From Octopus bimaculoides (taxonomy: Eukaryota), in contig NC_068992.1 in the NCBI RefSeq assembly GCF_001194135.2, positions 64,414,485 to 64,478,484 on the forward strand: a DNA stretch of 64,000 nucleotides, in the 5' to 3' direction. Both the position numbers and the translations under genes were made by a program. Each line of letters starts with the position of its first letter. Position 1 is the stretch's first letter. Shown here one piece after another: positions 60,201-64,000 of the stretch. The notes beneath the pieces were generated by a model that was not told the origin of the DNA, did not search any database, and worked only from the letters and a program-made list of their open reading frames with translations.

Positions 60201-62687
60201 GTGTGTGAAACAGGGTAGAGGGAAACAATATAGAAACCCGTCAAGGGATAGTACTTGCAATTTAAAAGTTCCAACCTTGTCACACACTAAGATGATTCTA
60301 CTTGAGAATTACGCTAAGGGTACATATGGAATACTCAGCCACTTACACATTAATTCAATGAGCTGACAATTTAGTTGATCGAGCAATTGAAGAGTCATGT
60401 TGGAAATTGGTGGAGCTCCACCGATATCAATACGTAGAGAGAGAAATTATTAGGAAGAGCAAATAGTATTAGAAAATAATATTAGAAAAAGTAAAGATAT
60501 TCATTTCGAATACTGGCGCAAGGTTGCACGTTGTTGGTATGTGAGAATTATTGGTTGAATCGCCTCCTTCGGTATATGACTGGTGCCTAATCTAATCTTG
60601 ATACCGTATTTTCTGGCCTACATGTATATAATGTAAACCTGTAATATAAGCATTCAAACATCGTCGCTAAATTTCCAAATCCCGTTGCCTTTCAAGTGGA
60701 ATTTTTGGTCCTCTAAAGTCGTTTTGGTGTATTAGTCAACCTGCCATTTTTGGCTGCAAATTTTGGTCTGGAAAATTCGACCTATATACCGGAAAATACG
60801 GTAGAAAAGATGAAAAGTAAAGATGAAAGGTAAACGCAACGAGATTTTAAATTAGAACTGAAAAGCATGCGGCTAAATATCACAACGTTTTTTGTTACTT
60901 TTGTTTCCGGTGCTCAGCCAGTTCTGCTATTTAGAGTAGGCCTCTGCCTCAGTTTGAACCAGGACTAGAATTTTTCTTTTTGTTCCTCCAATTGGGGAAA
61001 TTTTCATAATCAGAAACCGGATCTTTTTAATTATGTGATGACGTCATGTAAGAAACTAACCAATGACAAGCGACAACGATGTATCAAATGATTGAATAAG
61101 GTCTGCGAAAATACCAACGAAATGAAAGCTGTTGATTGCTAAATCAATCAGGTTTTGATTAAGCTATACCGTGTCAATTCATTCATAATATATTTTGGAG
61201 AAGATTCTAACGTATCTGATTGTGTTTGCTTTCCCCACCGAAGAACGCCTCTTCTACCTAGGCAATGTGAGTTCATAATACACGTGATTCACCGAAAACT
61301 TACTTTACAAGAGGACAGTGAAAAGTCAGAAGATTAGTGACGTGAGAAGCGAAGCGTGACGGCAATCTCCAAATTTACGACTGTCAAAATACTGAACTGT
61401 AAAATTTATTGTCAGCATTAACACTTGTACAGCCACCACATTCACTGGAATATTATGAATAGAATTTTCCGACGTTACACTGTAGTATTTTCCTTTCGGT
61501 CGTCACGTCTTATATAAAGATTTTAACAAAAAAAAAACAAACGACTGCTTCTCATTCAGCTAACTTTTCAATTAATTCCATTCATCTTATTGTTAAACAT
61601 TCAAACGGTGTGTAAATTGTATATGAGAAAGTGTTTTACTCACCGTTGTGGATGGTGATAGTATTTGTGTACATTCTATGGTTCGCATCTGGGTGCCAGG
61701 CCCACAGCTGGTGCTACACGAAGACCAGTTGCCAGTCTGCCATGATGGCTGGCAAGGCCCCGTGTTACATGTGACTTTTTGCTTCGTCGGCACAGTTGAA
61801 TTGTTACAATTATCTGCTGTCACTGTAACTTGACTTTTGATTTTGACACAGACTATCCGGGTTTCTTGGATGCCACCCCCACATGTCCTCGAGCATTCAG
61901 TAAATCCAGCAATTTTCCATTCATAAAATTCTACTGTATTAGAATTTTCGTTTATCAAATGAGTTCTTTTTTCTGGAACAGTGCTATGCTGTAAATTAAT
62001 TTTCTGACTATTTTCAACAAACCTTGGGTGCTGTTTCACACTCAAATCTCTGTTTCCCGGAAGAAAAGGTTTATTTTTATAGTCGTGTCTTGGCGGGATT
62101 CTCGGAAAATGCTGTTTGTTAATCCTGGGATTATAGATGTGTCGATTGTCTATTCGGTTCGGAATTATCCTGGGGTAATGTCTATAATTAATTCTATTGT
62201 AATCAACGGGATTTCTCGAAGGGATAATCACTGGATGACGTAATCCTCGGTTCCAATTGTTGTATAACTGTGTTTTAGTTCTGTTCTCCCCTGATGTTAG
62301 TCTTGTCTGGATGTTGGGAGGAACGATGGGAAGTACCCCTGGTAGATAATGTCTGTATGGTCGGGTATTATACGGAGAAGGGCGATGGTAAGGCAACCTT
62401 GGTCTCCTGTAGTAGGTCGCATGACTAATGTTATTATGTACAGGTAAATGATTTTTAGGAGGAGCGTAGCCCCGATGTTGATATTTGCCGACGTTTTTCC
62501 AAGCGTATTGTTGCGAGCCATACGGAGGGTAGCGTCTTCTCAGTTCACTGTTGTGTAGATACCGCTGTTGATTTTGTGGTGTGTCATATATACTAGGTTG
62601 CGTATGATTGTGATGGCTGGAAGACTTGTTCTGTTTCGGTTCGTAAAACTCAAACGTAATGCCAGGATTGTTGTTAACGTACACAAT
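43848..62687 (-). CDS. THSD4: THSD4/ADAMTSL6-like secreted matrix protein, 3' part (end of spacer, insert, 6 TSP1, PLAC; 5 exons)
   Basis: The domain order NPG..FEF (end of spacer), low-complexity insert, six TSP1 repeats and a C-terminal PLAC matches THSD4. The fourth repeat has the extra residue (WSNKCS versus WSERCS in THSD4). Exon phases chain 0-0-0-1. ADAMTSL4 is the close alternative. Confidence 0.85.
44661..44808 (-). CDS. THSD4: THSD4-like exon, 148 nt, last TSP1 ([16 protein letters not shown]...[13 protein letters not shown]); not in the ORF track
   Basis: Acceptor ttgtag|TGC; donor G|gtaagt (phase 1). Confidence 0.92.
48492..48671 (-). CDS. THSD4: THSD4-like exon, 180 nt, TSP1 ([19 protein letters not shown]...[12 protein letters not shown]); its reading frame is not in the ORF track
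   Basis: Acceptor ttctag|TGT; donor GAG|gtaaat; translated by hand. Confidence 0.93.
49132..49327. mobile_element. Decayed Tigger-like MITE
   Basis: TA|CAGTAATCCCT left end; degenerate inverted right end cgacagtcgagggaccaccg. Confidence 0.4.
50834..51289 (-). CDS. THSD4: THSD4-like exon, 456 nt: end of TSP1 repeat 2, repeats 3-4, start of repeat 5
   Basis: Acceptor tttcag|CTG; donor GAG|gtaagc; translates LKVSAERC...[17 protein letters not shown]...WFTGAWSE. Confidence 0.93.
53120..54400. repeat. Large compound (TA)n/(TATG)n/(CA)n microsatellite field around a gap
   Basis: Directly visible; source of many spurious YIYI ORFs. Smaller (TA)n, (GT)n, (CA)n and (ATCT)n arrays occur throughout, e.g. 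3555-3620, 5213-5283, 10348-10400, 26075-26170, 57240-57292. Confidence 0.95.
56559..56819. mobile_element. hAT/Charlie-type MITE, 261 bp
   Basis: TIRs CAGTGGTTCTCAACCA / TGGTTGAGAATCACTG (15/16); TSD ctctagac / ctttagat, of the NTCTAGAN type. Confidence 0.8.
60604..60801. mobile_element. pogo/Tigger-type MITE, 198 bp
   Basis: TA TSD on both sides; TIRs CCGTATTTTCTGG / CCGGAAAATACGG. Confidence 0.7.
61644..62687 (-). CDS. THSD4: THSD4-like exon, 1044 nt: end of spacer, 239-aa basic insert, TSP1 repeat 1 and most of repeat 2
   Basis: Acceptor ttgcag|ATT; donor ACG|gtgagt; [18 protein letters not shown] and [17 protein letters not shown]. Confidence 0.92.
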
Positions 62688-64000
62688 CTGCAAAGATAAG
62701 GTGACAAAGAACAACATGACATAAATACTTCGACATATATTTCTGGATTACAAGAAATTATAAAGACTTTACAAAAACGGAATATTTCTAACTTAGGCCT
62801 GAGGTAATGCTTTCTAATTTTTTATTGTTGGCGTAATTTTGTGCCATTAAAAACGAGATGACGCACCATAGATCTTTCATCTTTTTATTGTTTAGCTTTT
62901 ACTTGTTTTAGTCATTAGACTGCAACCATGCTGGAGCACCGCCTTGAGGAAGTTTTAGTCGAAGGAATCGACCCCAGGTTTTATATTTAAGCATAGTACT
63001 TATTCTAACGGTTTCTTTGCTGAACCGCTAAATTACGGGGACGCAAACAAATCAACGCTGGTTGTCGAGCGGTGGTCGGGGACAAACAAAAAGACACGCG
63101 CGCGCGCACACACGCTCACACTCACATAAACTCAACGGANNNNNNNNNNNNNNNNNNNNNNNNNNNNNNNNNNNNNNNNNNNNNNNNNNNNNNNNNNNNN
63201 NNNNNNNNNNNNNNNNNNNNNNNNNNNNNNNNNNNNNNNNNNNNNNNNNNNNNNNNNNNNNNNNNNNNNNNNNNNNNNNNNNNNNNNNNNNNNNNNNNNN
63301 NNNNNNNNNNNNNNNNNNNNNNNNNNNNNNNNNNNNNNNNNNNNNNNNNNNNNNNNNNNNNNNNNNNNNNNNNNNNNNNNNNNNNNNNNNNNNNNNNNNN
63401 NNNNNNNNNNNNNNNNNNNNNNNNNNNNNNNNNNNNNNNNNNNNNNNNNNNNNNNNNNNNNNNNNNNNNNNNNNNNNNNNNNNNNNNNNNNNNNNNNNNN
63501 NNNNNNNNNNNNNNNNNNNNNNNNNNNNNNNNNNNNNNNNNNNNNNNNNNNNNNNNNNNNNNNNNNNNNNNNNNNNNNNNNNNNNNNNNNNNNNNNNNNN
63601 NNNNNNNNNNNNNNNNNNNNNNNNNNNNNNNNNNNNNNNNNNNNNNNNNNNNNNNNNNNNNNNNNNNNNNNNNNNNNNNNNNNNNNNNNNNNNNNNNNNN
63701 NNNNNNNNNNNNNNNNNNNNNNNNNNNNNNNNNNNNNNNNNNNNNNNNNNNNNNNNNNNNNNNNNNNNNNNNNNNNNNNNNNNNNNNNNNNNNNNNNNNN
63801 NNNNNNNNNNNNNNNNNNNNNNNNNNNNNNNNNNNNNNNNNNNNNNNNNNNNNNNNNNNNNNNNNNNNNNNNNNNNAAGAGAGGAAATACGAGGGGGAAA
63901 AAGAGATACGTAGTAGTAACAGAGGAATAACGAGAGGGGTAAAGCGAGATACGTAGTAGTACAGAGGAAGAACGAGGGTGGGGGGAGGAAAGAGAAAGAG

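Noticed and set aside
6203-63956. Many long ORFs in the track (YIYI..., HTHT..., CVCV..., X-runs)
   Set aside because: They are translations of (TA)n, (CA)n and (ATT)n microsatellites and N gaps, not genes.

Overview
AT-rich, microsatellite- and SINE-dense animal genomic DNA with about 11 assembly gaps. The repeat families point to an octopus (inference). Two spliced genes lie tail-to-tail. (1) On + is the 3' half of a ClC-2-like chloride channel: 12 exons from 239 to the stop at 39291, covering helices P-R, CBS1, a long multi-exon linker, CBS2 and the C-tail. (2) On - is the 3' part of a THSD4/ADAMTSL6-like matrix protein: 5 exons from 62687 to the stop at 43848, covering the end of the spacer, a 239-aa basic R/H/Y/P/N-rich insert, six TSP1 repeats and PLAC. 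All exon junctions were read by hand and chain in phase. The introns hold fossils of Tc1 (DD34E), mariner, hAT/Buster, RTE and R4/Dong-type elements, several MITEs with visible TIRs and TSDs, and at least five SINE-like families. The best leads are: a cassette-exon ClC linker carrying kinase motifs and an RFxV docking site; a strong CpG-depleted versus CpG-retained contrast between the two genes; a foldback element with tRNA-like arms, whose relative forms a hairpin in the inferred THSD4 3' UTR; Dong-like 3' ends embedded in (TAA)n; and the cationic THSD4 insert. I found no evidence for a wholly new multi-gene system.
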